NCBI GenBank assembly: GCA_918298275.1 | Contig: CAKJZO010000007.1 | Coordinates: forward strand, 6,612 to 70,611 | Reading direction: 5' to 3' | DNA: 64,000 nucleotides | Source of the DNA: Spirochaetota bacterium | GTDB taxonomy: Bacteria; Spirochaetota; Spirochaetia; Sphaerochaetales; Sphaerochaetaceae | Shown here: piece after piece, positions 18,058-27,341 of the stretch | Position numbering within the stretch: position 1 is the first letter of the stretch | Layout of the letters: every line of letters begins with the position of its first letter | The notes under the pieces: generated by a model | Seen by the model: only the letters and a program-made list of their open reading frames with translations | The model's database searches: none | What the model was told of the DNA's origin: nothing | Program-made: the position numbers and the translations under genes

Positions 18058-21000
18058 TTAATTCCCTTCCTTGATACATATATCTTTAAGTTTTGTTGTT
18101 CCCGTGTAGCTTTCACCACTTGCTATCATCATCTGACTGATGTTGCTTACAACATTTCTGAAGGTGCATCCGGTTTTCACCAAAGAATCATCAACGTATA
18201 TGTCGAATCGTTTCAGGTTGACGTCAATGATGAGCTTAATCTTATACCATGTTCCGGGCTGAGGGTTCAGGAACTCTACATACGACCCGTCATTCGACCG
18301 ATAGCAGAAGTTGTAGAGATCGCTGTTATAAATCTCGATTGCATTTACTGACCCGTTGGAAAAGATTAGTCGTGACCAAGTTCCTATGTTGCTGTCTGAA
18401 ATACTAAATGTAGCAGAGAGTTTTCCTGTTTGCGCAGGGAAGTACTTTGTCATTGAAACCTGCTGTGATGTGTTGTTGTCAGACAGAACAACGCAATGAC
18501 CTGTTTGATTCGGGATTGAATCAATCAAGCAAGTTGTATTTGTCGGGACGACAAGGCTCCAATCTTCTGGCTGGGTGTTGATTGCCTGATTGTCAAAATC
18601 ATCTTGGAGAAGAGAGTAGGTTCCTATTTCAATATTCCGGTACCAGGCCTGACCCTGATAACTGGTGCCGCTTTCAATTCGAATTCCGTCAATCTTGCTT
18701 CCGGATCTCCTGAACGTACAACCCTTTTTCCTGAATACACCATCTATCATGACTGAATAAAGGTTTTTCCTGATATCTACATCCAGAACAACCCTGTACC
18801 AGGAATTTGCTGATATGTCCATTATCTTCAGGTCAGAAGCAGACTGATTCCGATAGCATAATCCGTTTACATTGCTATCATAGATTTCTATGATGCTTGT
18901 TGATCCATCCAAAGCATAAAGCCTGAACCATTTTCCGGTCGCAGAGGTTCTGTAATCGAATGATACTCTGAGTCTGTCATAGGTGGCTTCAAATGTCTTT
19001 ATGCCATAACACACACCCGAAGAAGACTGATCGTTCAGTCTAATGCAGTTTTCATTGTCAAGTGAAACAATTCTGCAACTGGTGTTGTTTGCCTCAGAGA
19101 CCGACCACCCCGATGGAACACTTCCTGCTGGCTCTAAACTGAAATCTGATTCATATACAGTACTGTCCTGCCTTTCAGAGCAGACAACGGGAGTATGAAT
19201 GATGGCCTTGAGTCCTGTCCCTCCGGTTGTTTCAACTGCATCTATGTTTATCATATTGCCCGTGGAATCCGTTGAATGGGTGCCTTTGACAACAAGCCTT
19301 AGATAATGGTCCGAAGCGGAGAGATCATATGCAGAGAACAGGCTTTTTCTGTATTTTGTTGAATCTGCATATGTGTCGATTGTTTCAACATATGACCCGT
19401 CCAAATAGATGTCTGCCAGGCCACAGTTCGTATCTTTTACGCCTAGAATGCTTATGGCTGTACCATTGAATGCTAAATCCATCTCATCGCCTTCAGAAGA
19501 AGTAGTGAGAAGTGTTCTATGGTAGTTTTTTGCGTTGCTGCCTGATTCTGTCCAAGAACCGATATACTCTATTCTGTCATCAAGTTCCTTGAACCTGATG
19601 CATTCCACCGGAGTACTGGAATCTATTGCCTCGATCAGCAGGTTGTCGTATCTGACAATGTTATAACCGCTTCCGATTACAACATGCCCGCTCGGATACT
19701 CCTTGTCTATCACCGAGGTCAGCAGGTTTCCGTCATAGTAGACGCGTACTTCTGCATCATTGCAGGACATCTGAAGGCTGTGCCACACATTCAAAGTGAA
19801 ACTGGAGATGATTCCGCTTTCCAGAACGAGAGCTGCACTTCTCAACTGCCAACTTCCGTCATGGAAAAGCCGAAGATTATAGCATTCGGGCGGGACATTC
19901 CCGGTTGGGGAGAAGTTACACCTTGCACCAATCATGACATATCCGTCATAGTCCGTGTCTGTTATGGTTTCCATCAGGAAGTCGAAGCTTACTTTGTAGT
20001 TTTTAAGCTCCTGACCTCCGAGGAGAGTGTATGGGGAAGGGGTCGCACGACGCTCCCAATCTGTAGGTTTTGTTCCTAAAGTGATGACCTGTTTAAGACA
20101 CTTTGTGCTGTTTTTTCCGCCTTCAGCGATTTCATAAGCACCTGATTGATCAACTGTATACTTTGGCTGTTTCCCGATACCGTATGACTCGAATGTATCT
20201 GAGTATGGCAGACTGAACGAAGTCTCGGTGGGTATTTGGTAAAGGGGCTGTCCTTTGGTCTGTCCCGTTGTTGTTGTAAGTGTGCAGATTGAATTAGCCG
20301 GTAGTGTGATTGCTGTATAGTTGTTTGAGACAGTCAGATCGGAAAGATTTTCGAACTGGTTCTCTTCTGTCGTCTGCCACACATGCAGGGATGATGCGGT
20401 AAGATTGTTCAAGGTTATGTTGAACGTGTTCGGTGATGAACTTCTGTTGAGAAGAATGATGCTGAAATCTCCCGTTGAAGTGTTCTTCAGAGTCAGATAA
20501 CTCTGCTCGCTAGCACTTAAACAACCGCTGTTTATGTAGTACCACCCCGGTTCGGTGAATTGGGTAAACTGAGCAACAACCCAAAGGGATGGTTCGATTT
20601 TGTAATAACCGGTCCATGGATGGGCAGCAACTATGATGCCTTTATATGTGTAGGGGACATTGTCATAGATTGCCTCAATCACAGGGTGCATGACATACTG
20701 GACCATTCTGCCTGATGCATAGGACCTTATGATCTTATACGCCATGTCAAGAGCAGACGAGAATTTGTGTCTGTATGCAACAACATCCTCGCTGTCAAAA
20801 ATCGGGAGTCCGCAGTTCTTTGCATTGTCGGGACTGTCCTGCTTATAATGTGCGTTTATAGCATACAACGCAGACTTCAGCGCCGAATCGCTGTTGACCA
20901 TGGATGCGATATTCCAGTCTGTAGTGCTGTCGGCTCCTGTAAGCTTGACAGAAGAGAATCCATCCGAATTCAGTCCCGGGCGCAATGTGTTCACAACCCA

Positions 21001-21471
21001 GTTCCTGCTGAAGTCTCCTTCGTTCTCATCAGGAGAAAGAAAATCGAAATCAAGATTGAAAGTATCTTTCGCTCCCTGCAAGAAATTTTTATAGAAGGTA
21101 TATTTCTTTGAGTTGTCTGTAATCCATGCCGGGGTTCCCCAGCGGATGGCGTCAAGTAGGATGTTCTGATTTCTTGATTTTGCTTCACTTGCAAGCCAAA
21201 GCCCGACACCTCGGGTTATATCAAAGTCGTTTTCAGCCCTCATGTGGCTTGGTTCTGTTCCGCATGTACCATTGGCATCAGAACCTATTTCCACTTTAAG
21301 TTGATGAAATGATGCCCCGAATTTTGGTGAAAACAGCATATTCAGGATATCGGATCTCTGCTGCTCGGGGTATTCATGGAGAAGCTTTGTCATTCCATTG
21401 CTTGTCACTCCGCCGATACCCTCGAACATCCTGCCGAGGCTTGATCCGTTTATCGTTATTGAAGTAGCCAT
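18058..21471 (-). CDS. Glycoside hydrolase family 59 (galactosylceramidase-like) with extra C-terminal carbohydrate-binding-like modules
   Basis: 1137 aa. The N-terminal ~650 aa align by eye with human GALC across four blocks:
- FEGIGGVTSNGMTKLLHEYPEQQRSDILNMLFSPKFGASFHQLKVEIGSDANGTCGTEPSHM
- FDSEDV, the nucleophile block
- FTEPGWYYI
- YDNLLIEAI
No signal peptide is present. Residues 772-951 and 952-1137 form a tandem duplicated module. Confidence 0.85.
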   Translation of the reverse strand: MATSITINGSSLGRMFEGIGGVTSNGMTKLLHEYPEQQRSDILNMLFSPKFGASFHQLKVEIGSDANGTCGTEPSHMRAENDFDITRGVGLWLASEAKSRNQNILLDAIRWGTPAWITDNSKKYTFYKNFLQGAKDTFNLDFDFLSPDENEGDFSRNWVVNTLRPGLNSDGFSSVKLTGADSTTDWNIASMVNSDSALKSALYAINAHYKQDSPDNAKNCGLPIFDSEDVVAYRHKFSSALDMAYKIIRSYASGRMVQYVMHPVIEAIYDNVPYTYKGIIVAAHPWTGYYKIEPSLWVVAQFTQFTEPGWYYINSGCLSASEQSYLTLKNTSTGDFSIILLNRSSSPNTFNITLNNLTASSLHVWQTTEENQFENLSDLTVSNNYTAITLPANSICTLTTTTGQTKGQPLYQIPTETSFSLPYSDTFESYGIGKQPKYTVDQSGAYEIAEGGKNSTKCLKQVITLGTKPTDWERRATPSPYTLLGGQELKNYKVSFDFLMETITDTDYDGYVMIGARCNFSPTGNVPPECYNLRLFHDGSWQLRSAALVLESGIISSFTLNVWHSLQMSCNDAEVRVYYDGNLLTSVIDKEYPSGHVVIGSGYNIVRYDNLLIEAIDSSTPVECIRFKELDDRIEYIGSWTESGSNAKNYHRTLLTTSSEGDEMDLAFNGTAISILGVKDTNCGLADIYLDGSYVETIDTYADSTKYRKSLFSAYDLSASDHYLRLVVKGTHSTDSTGNMINIDAVETTGGTGLKAIIHTPVVCSERQDSTVYESDFSLEPAGSVPSGWSVSEANNTSCRIVSLDNENCIRLNDQSSSGVCYGIKTFEATYDRLRVSFDYRTSATGKWFRLYALDGSTSIIEIYDSNVNGLCYRNQSASDLKIMDISANSWYRVVLDVDIRKNLYSVMIDGVFRKKGCTFRRSGSKIDGIRIESGTSYQGQAWYRNIEIGTYSLLQDDFDNQAINTQPEDWSLVVPTNTTCLIDSIPNQTGHCVVLSDNNTSQQVSMTKYFPAQTGKLSATFSISDSNIGTWSRLIFSNGSVNAIEIYNSDLYNFCYRSNDGSYVEFLNPQPGTWYKIKLIIDVNLKRFDIYVDDSLVKTGCTFRNVVSNISQMMIASGESYTGTTKLKDICIKEGN

Positions 21472-21662
21472 ATCAACTCCTTTCAGATCATCTGTCTAAA
21501 GTTTATGGGTTCGGTTTTTCAGTTGTCTATTTGAAATAAAAGGCATGATTGGAAAAAAGAAGCATTTCACTCAAAACCCTAAAAAATACAATAGAAGCCC
21601 TGAATTTCAAATTGAAGGTTTTGCGAGGCATTTTAATATTTTATTGAACAAGGTACATACGT

Positions 21663-22610
21663 ATGGGAAACAGAGAAACATCAGGAATCGGGAAAACACT
21701 GTCCCGTAAGTCAACATTCATGAAAAATAAGACCCTATGGCTGATGCTTGCCCCTACAATAGCGTATTTCATTCTGTTCTGTTATCTGCCTATGGCGGGA
21801 ATATGGCTGGCCTTCACAAGATTTGATTTCCGGCTGGGCTTTTTTAAAAGTCCGTTCGTCGGGATGAAGAACTTCGAGTTCCTGTTCAAGAGCGGAATAA
21901 TGTTCAGATTGTTGAGGAATACCGTCCTTTACAATCTTGCTTTCCTGATCGGAGGAAACCTTGCCCAGATGATCTGTGCGGTTTTTCTGAGCGATTTGAA
22001 GAACAAGAGGTTCGTGAAAGTCAGCCAGAACATCATATTTCTTCCTTATTTCATTTCATGGGTATTGGTAGGACTTTTTTCCTATGCCCTTTTCAATATT
22101 GACAACGGGGTGATCAATTCGGTTTTCAGATCATTGGGGTTGAACACCTATAACTTCTACCTCAAGCCCAACTCCTGGCCTCCAATAATCACCTTTTTCC
22201 AGATTTGGAAGGGCCTTGGGTATGGAAGTGTAATCTATCTTTCTGTAATAACCGGAATAGAGCAGGACATATATGAGTCGGCAAGGATTGATGGTGCAAC
22301 GAAATGGCAACAGGTGAGATTCATTACCTTGCCGATGATTAAACCCACTTTCATTCTTCTGATAATGTTCAATTTGGGAAGCATCCTCAAAGGGCAGTTC
22401 CAACTGTTTTACCAGATAGTAGGAAACAACGGAGTTCTCTTCAATGCAACCGATATCATCGATACTTATGTGTATAGATCACTCATGGTTAATTTCGATA
22501 TAGGGATGGGATCTGCTGCTGGTGTGTTCCAATCAGTTTTCGGTTGCATCCTCGTGCTTTCCGTCAATGCTATAGTCAAGCGAATCAACAGTGATCTGGC
22601 ACTGTTCTGA
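21663..22610 (+). CDS. Carbohydrate ABC transporter permease (LplB-like)
   Basis: 315 aa with six hydrophobic segments and the EAA-loop region YESARIDGATKWQQVRFITLPMIKP. Confidence 0.85.
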   Translation: MGNRETSGIGKTLSRKSTFMKNKTLWLMLAPTIAYFILFCYLPMAGIWLAFTRFDFRLGFFKSPFVGMKNFEFLFKSGIMFRLLRNTVLYNLAFLIGGNLAQMICAVFLSDLKNKRFVKVSQNIIFLPYFISWVLVGLFSYALFNIDNGVINSVFRSLGLNTYNFYLKPNSWPPIITFFQIWKGLGYGSVIYLSVITGIEQDIYESARIDGATKWQQVRFITLPMIKPTFILLIMFNLGSILKGQFQLFYQIVGNNGVLFNATDIIDTYVYRSLMVNFDIGMGSAAGVFQSVFGCILVLSVNAIVKRINSDLALF

Positions 22611-22628
22611 TTTGGGAGGAATGATAGG

Positions 22629-23534
22629 ATGAAGGACAGAAACTTCCATGTCAGAGACGATAAAGGCAGCAGGTCTTTTGCGATAGTCGGATATTCGGTG
22701 ATGACCATAATCACGATAATTTGTTTCATTCCGTTCTGGCTTATGCTTATGGCAAGCATTTCCGATGAAATGAGCATCCTGACTCAAGGGTTCAGCCTGA
22801 TCCCCAGGAAAATATCTTTTGCCGCATACAAGTCAATCTTCGGCGGTTTCAGCCAACTTCTGAGATCCTATGGCCTTACCATATTTGTAACTGTCGTTGG
22901 ATCTGCGATATCGCTTCTGCTGACTTCAATGACGGGGTATGTCCTCATGCGACAGGATTTCAAGGCAAGGAACAAGGTTTCGTTCTTCATATACTTTACT
23001 TCGCTGTTCAGCGGGGGTGTTATTCCGATCTACATCCTGTATGTCAAATATCTGAATCTGAAGAATTCGGTCTGGGCTCTTATTCTGCCTTGTATTCTCA
23101 GTCCCTGGAACATATTCCTCATGCGCAACTATATGAAATCAATTCCGTACAGTCTTGTCGATGCTTCGACCATAGACGGGGCAAATGACTGGCAGATCTA
23201 CTATAGGGTGATTCTGCCTCTCTGCAAGGCGGGATTGGCAACAGTCGGGCTTTTTGTTGCATTAACGTACTGGAATGACTGGTATCATGCGAGTCTCTAC
23301 ATAACGAAGGAGAGCCTGTATCCGCTCCAGTATCTTCTCCATAGAATGCTCTCGAATGCAGAATACATGAGGCAGGCTGCTGCATCAGGAGCCTTGGTAG
23401 AAGAAATGGCCGCTCCTAGCGAGACTCTGAAAATGGCGACTGCAGTTGTTGTCACTGGTCCGATTCTACTGCTTTACCCCTTTATCCAGAAATATTTCGT
23501 CAAGGGAATCATGGTAGGCTCGGTGAAGGGGTAA
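22629..23534 (+). CDS. Carbohydrate ABC transporter permease (LplC-like)
   Basis: 301 aa with the EAA-loop region VDASTIDGANDWQIYYRVILPLCKA. Confidence 0.85.
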   Translation: MKDRNFHVRDDKGSRSFAIVGYSVMTIITIICFIPFWLMLMASISDEMSILTQGFSLIPRKISFAAYKSIFGGFSQLLRSYGLTIFVTVVGSAISLLLTSMTGYVLMRQDFKARNKVSFFIYFTSLFSGGVIPIYILYVKYLNLKNSVWALILPCILSPWNIFLMRNYMKSIPYSLVDASTIDGANDWQIYYRVILPLCKAGLATVGLFVALTYWNDWYHASLYITKESLYPLQYLLHRMLSNAEYMRQAAASGALVEEMAAPSETLKMATAVVVTGPILLLYPFIQKYFVKGIMVGSVKG

Positions 23535-23538
23535 GTAT

Positions 23539-25296
23539 ATGTTGTATCCGATTCAAAACAGAGCAAGAAGCATCGTTTCCCTCGACGGACTCTGGGATTT
23601 CAGGTTCGCTGATGAGGATCAGTGGCAGTCTGTATATGTCCCTGCCTCTTTCAATAATCAGTTCGCAGAAGCTAAAGCGCGAAAGTACTCCGGTTTTGTT
23701 GAGTACAGAAAGCAATTCATACTGCCTGATACGTTGGAAGACAGCAGGAGAGTCCTGCGGTTTGGTGCAGTGACACATAATGCAAAAGTTTTCATCGACG
23801 GCAGTCTGATCATGGAACATAGGGGAGGATTCCTTCCCTTTGAGTGTGATGTAACTGCGAATGTCTGCTGTGGAGTGGAGCACACTCTGTCTGTCATGGT
23901 CGACAACAGGATAGACAATCATACATTTCCCGTAGGCAATGAATCGGGAACTTATTTTTTCGGTTCCGACAATCCGGGGATTCCTAGCGTGGAACATGGG
24001 AAACTTAAACTCTCCGGAACAAATCTGCCAAACTTCGATTTCTTTAATTATGCCGGGATCACCAGATCAGTGATAATTTATTCGACCCCACTTGAATTCA
24101 TATCTGATATCACCATAGTAACGGATATTGTTGGCTCGGACGGATATGTGAGATATAAAGTCGAAACATCTGACGGCTCAGACAATATCTCGTTCGATGT
24201 TCTGGATAGGGACGGTGTTGCAGTTTCTTCTGCAAAAGGTTGCTCCGGAAACATCGTTATAGAAAATGCACAACTGTGGAATCCTTGGCCTCAGGATTCT
24301 TATCTGTATAGAGCAAGAGTTGCTTTCCGGAATGATTCATATGAGTTACCCTTTGGAATAAGAACAGTTTCGGTGGAAGGAAACAGATTCCTTGTCAACG
24401 GCAAACCGTTCTATTTCAAGGGTCCGGGGAAGCATGAAGACTCATTCATAAGAGGTAGGGGTGTTGATGTATGTCTGGAAATGAAAGATATTAACCTTTT
24501 CCATTGGCTGAATGCGAATTCCTTCAGAACCAGCCATTACCCATATGACGAATCCATGTATCAGCTTTGTGACAGGGAAGGTATTCTCATAGTTGACGAA
24601 CTACCTGCCGTTGGGTTGAATTTTGGCGGTAATAAGAATCCATATTCACTTGTAACATCTAATTACCACGGTTCATTGCTCAGGGATATGATTGAAAGGG
24701 ATAAGAATCATCCGTGTGTGGTGATGTGGAGCCTCGGAAACGAGCCGGATACGGAGCATTTCCCGGAAGATGCATTCGATTACTGGCATTCCCTGTATCT
24801 TATTGCACATGAAAACGATCCGCAAAGTCGGCCCGTCACTGTTGTTTGCTGTCAGAATGACTACACCAAGGATATCACTGCCAAATCGATGGATGTAGTA
24901 TGTCTGAACAGGTATTACGGGTGGTACAATCTATGTGGGGAACTGGAGATTGCAGGAGAGGCTTTGGAAGAGGAGTTGAAGTTCTGGGAAAAGATAGGTA
25001 AGCCTCTGATTCTGAGCGAATATGGAGCAGATGCCATACCCGGAATGCATTCAACTGTTCCTGAAATGTTTTCGGAGGAATTCCAGGTTGAGTATCTAAA
25101 AACCATGAATGGCATTCTGGATAAATTCGATTTCATAATTGGGGAACAGCCCTGGAATTTCGCTGATTTCGATACTCAGCAGGGGCCGATGAGAGCGGGT
25201 GGAAATCACAAAGGCCTTTTCTCCCGTGACAGGACACCAAAGATGGCGGCTTACTATGTGAAATCGAGATGGTCCAATAATCTTGATTATGTGTAA
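23539..25296 (+). CDS. uidA: Beta-glucuronidase, GH2
   Basis: 585 aa, collinear with E. coli GUS at four blocks:
- LDGLWDFRF
- RFGAVTHNAKVFIDG
- NSFRTSHYPY
- WSLGNEP
It also carries the glucuronide-specific N-x-K motif, GGNHKGLFSRDRTPK. No signal peptide is present. Confidence 0.85.
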   Translation: MLYPIQNRARSIVSLDGLWDFRFADEDQWQSVYVPASFNNQFAEAKARKYSGFVEYRKQFILPDTLEDSRRVLRFGAVTHNAKVFIDGSLIMEHRGGFLPFECDVTANVCCGVEHTLSVMVDNRIDNHTFPVGNESGTYFFGSDNPGIPSVEHGKLKLSGTNLPNFDFFNYAGITRSVIIYSTPLEFISDITIVTDIVGSDGYVRYKVETSDGSDNISFDVLDRDGVAVSSAKGCSGNIVIENAQLWNPWPQDSYLYRARVAFRNDSYELPFGIRTVSVEGNRFLVNGKPFYFKGPGKHEDSFIRGRGVDVCLEMKDINLFHWLNANSFRTSHYPYDESMYQLCDREGILIVDELPAVGLNFGGNKNPYSLVTSNYHGSLLRDMIERDKNHPCVVMWSLGNEPDTEHFPEDAFDYWHSLYLIAHENDPQSRPVTVVCCQNDYTKDITAKSMDVVCLNRYYGWYNLCGELEIAGEALEEELKFWEKIGKPLILSEYGADAIPGMHSTVPEMFSEEFQVEYLKTMNGILDKFDFIIGEQPWNFADFDTQQGPMRAGGNHKGLFSRDRTPKMAAYYVKSRWSNNLDYV

Positions 25297-25318
25297 AACC
25301 CTGAGCAGGTCTACATTA

Positions 25319-26479
25319 TTATCTGCAGGCTGCCTTGATTATCGAGGCGGCCTGTTTCAGTATATCCATGGAAATATTGAGCGCAGGCAGCAGTCTGACC
25401 TTGTCTTTTGCAGTCAGGCAGAGAACTCCGTTCTCCATGCACTTTGCAACCACTTCCGAGGCGGGTTTCTTTGTCTTGAGACCTATCATCAGACCCATGC
25501 CGCTGACACTTTCTATTCCTTCCGAGTGTGAGAATTCCCTGAAGAGCCAGTCGCTCTTGGCTCTCACGTCATAGAGAAGATTGTCATCGATCCTGCTCAG
25601 GATGCTGATGGCTCCGGCACAGCAGACAGGGTTGCCGCCGAAGGTTGAGCCGTGGTCTCCGAATCCCAGTACGTCCTTGCATTTGTCCGAAATCAGTGTT
25701 GCTCCGAGAGGAAGTCCTCCTCCGAGGCCCTTGGCAGTCGAGACTACATCGGGAACAATGCCGAAGTTCATGTAGCTGTAGAGCCTTCCGGTCCTTCCGT
25801 TTCCGGTCTGTACCTCGTCGACTATCATGATGATGTCGTTCTTCTGAGTGATTTCACGGACGAACCTGATGTATTCGGCATCAAGAGGCACTACGCCTCC
25901 TTCTCCCTGGATACATTCGATCATCACGGCTGCGGGATTGTACTTTTCTATCGCATCCTCAAGGGCATCGGTCTTGTTGGCAGGAATGCTGACGAAGCCC
26001 GGTGTCAGGGGCTGGAAGAGCTCATGGTAGTGGTCCTGTCCGGTGGCGGCAAGAGTGGTGAGAGTGCGGCCGTGGAAACTGTTTTCAAGCGTGATGATCG
26101 TGCTGCGTGTGCTTCCGTATTTGTCTGAGGAGTACTTTCTGGCGACCTTGATGGCGCATTCGTTGGCCTCGGCTCCGGAGTTGGAGAAGAAGACCTTGCT
26201 CATGCCTGTCTTCTGACACAGAAGGGCGGCCAGTTCCGCACACGGGGAGGTATAGTAGAGGTTGGACATGTGCTGGACTTTGGCCAGCTGAGCGGTAACG
26301 GCTTTCTGCCAAGTCTCATCGGCTATTCCGAATGCGGTGACACCTATTCCGCTTCCCATATCAATGTATGTTTTGCCGGCAGGGTCTTTGACCACTGAGC
26401 CTTTTCCGCTGACAATCTCGATCGGGAAGCGCTTGTATGTTCCCGCCACATAGGTCTTGTCCAGTTCTTTTGTGTCCAT
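25319..26479 (-). CDS. argD: Acetylornithine aminotransferase
   Basis: 386 aa class III aminotransferase (FFSNSGAEANE, DEVQTGNGRTG, TFGGNP) in the arg operon. Confidence 0.9.
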   Translation of the reverse strand: MDTKELDKTYVAGTYKRFPIEIVSGKGSVVKDPAGKTYIDMGSGIGVTAFGIADETWQKAVTAQLAKVQHMSNLYYTSPCAELAALLCQKTGMSKVFFSNSGAEANECAIKVARKYSSDKYGSTRSTIITLENSFHGRTLTTLAATGQDHYHELFQPLTPGFVSIPANKTDALEDAIEKYNPAAVMIECIQGEGGVVPLDAEYIRFVREITQKNDIIMIVDEVQTGNGRTGRLYSYMNFGIVPDVVSTAKGLGGGLPLGATLISDKCKDVLGFGDHGSTFGGNPVCCAGAISILSRIDDNLLYDVRAKSDWLFREFSHSEGIESVSGMGLMIGLKTKKPASEVVAKCMENGVLCLTAKDKVRLLPALNISMDILKQAASIIKAACR

Positions 26480-26480
26480 A

Positions 26481-27341
26481 TCATTCTCCTTTTACCAAGG
26501 TACCTGCACCTTCATTGGTCAGAAGCTCCATGAGAATCGAGTGGGGGACCCTGCCGTCCATGATGACTACGTTCTTGACTCCGGCTTCTATTGCAGTCAG
26601 GCAGCACTGCACCTTCGGAATCATTCCGGACGAGATTATTCCCTCATCCTTGAGTGTCTTTGCCTGACCGATTGTGATCTCGGGAATCAGGGTCGACGGA
26701 TCATCCTTATCCTTCAGAATTCCGGCGATGTCGGTCATCAGGATGAACCTCTCGGCACCGAGGGCTCCGGCAATATGCGCCGCTGCAGTATCAGCATTGA
26801 CATTGAATGCGTTGCCGTCGTCGTCACATCCGAGCGTCGAGATCACTGGTATGTAGCCTTTCTCAAGGATATCCATGACCGGATCCTTGTTGATGTTGGT
26901 CACTTCTCCTACAAAACCCAGTCTGGGATCCTTGATCTTTGCCTGAATGAGCTTGCCGTCCATGCCGCACAGACCGATGGCCTTGCCTCCGCGCTTCTCG
27001 AGAAGAGTCACCAGGGTTTTGTTGACCTTGCCCGCAAGCACCATCTGGACGATATCAACGGTCTCCTTGTCGGTAACCCTGAGGCCGTCGACGAACTCGG
27101 ATTTCTTGCCGAGCTTATCCATCATGCTGCTGATTTCCGGGCCGCCGCCGTGTACCAGCACGACCTTGACCCCGATGAGCCACAGAAGGACGATATCATC
27201 CATGACCTGCTGCTTGAGATCCGGATTAACCATGGCATTGCCGCCGTATTTCACTACGACGGTCTAGCCGACATATCTTTTGATGTAGGGCAGGGCCTGG
27301 GTCAGGACCTCGGCTCTTTCTGCATTGGAGAAGCTCTTCAT
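26481..27341 (-). pseudogene. argB: Acetylglutamate kinase interrupted by an in-frame TAG at codon 26
   Basis: The canonical start ATG at 27341 overlaps the argJ stop (ATGA). It encodes MKSFSNAERAEVLTQALPYIKRYVG, then a TAG at 27264-27266, then TVVVKYGGNAM... The stop sits where homologues have a conserved Lys (G-K-T-x-V-I-K-x-GG). The remaining 257 codons are intact. Confidence 0.8.

Noticed and set aside
16503-23534. The missing ATPase gene of the sugar ABC transporter, as a sign of a defective system.
   Set aside because: CUT1-type sugar importers commonly share a single MsmK-like ATPase encoded elsewhere in the genome, so its absence here carries no information.
27264-27266. The possibility that the in-frame TAG in argB reflects a reassigned codon (pyrrolysine or an alternative genetic code).
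   Set aside because: TAG ends several convincing genes in this window (the GHMP-like gene at 2886-2888, AGE at 35510-35512 and etfB at 56297-56299). No pyl genes are visible. A mutation or a sequencing error is more likely.
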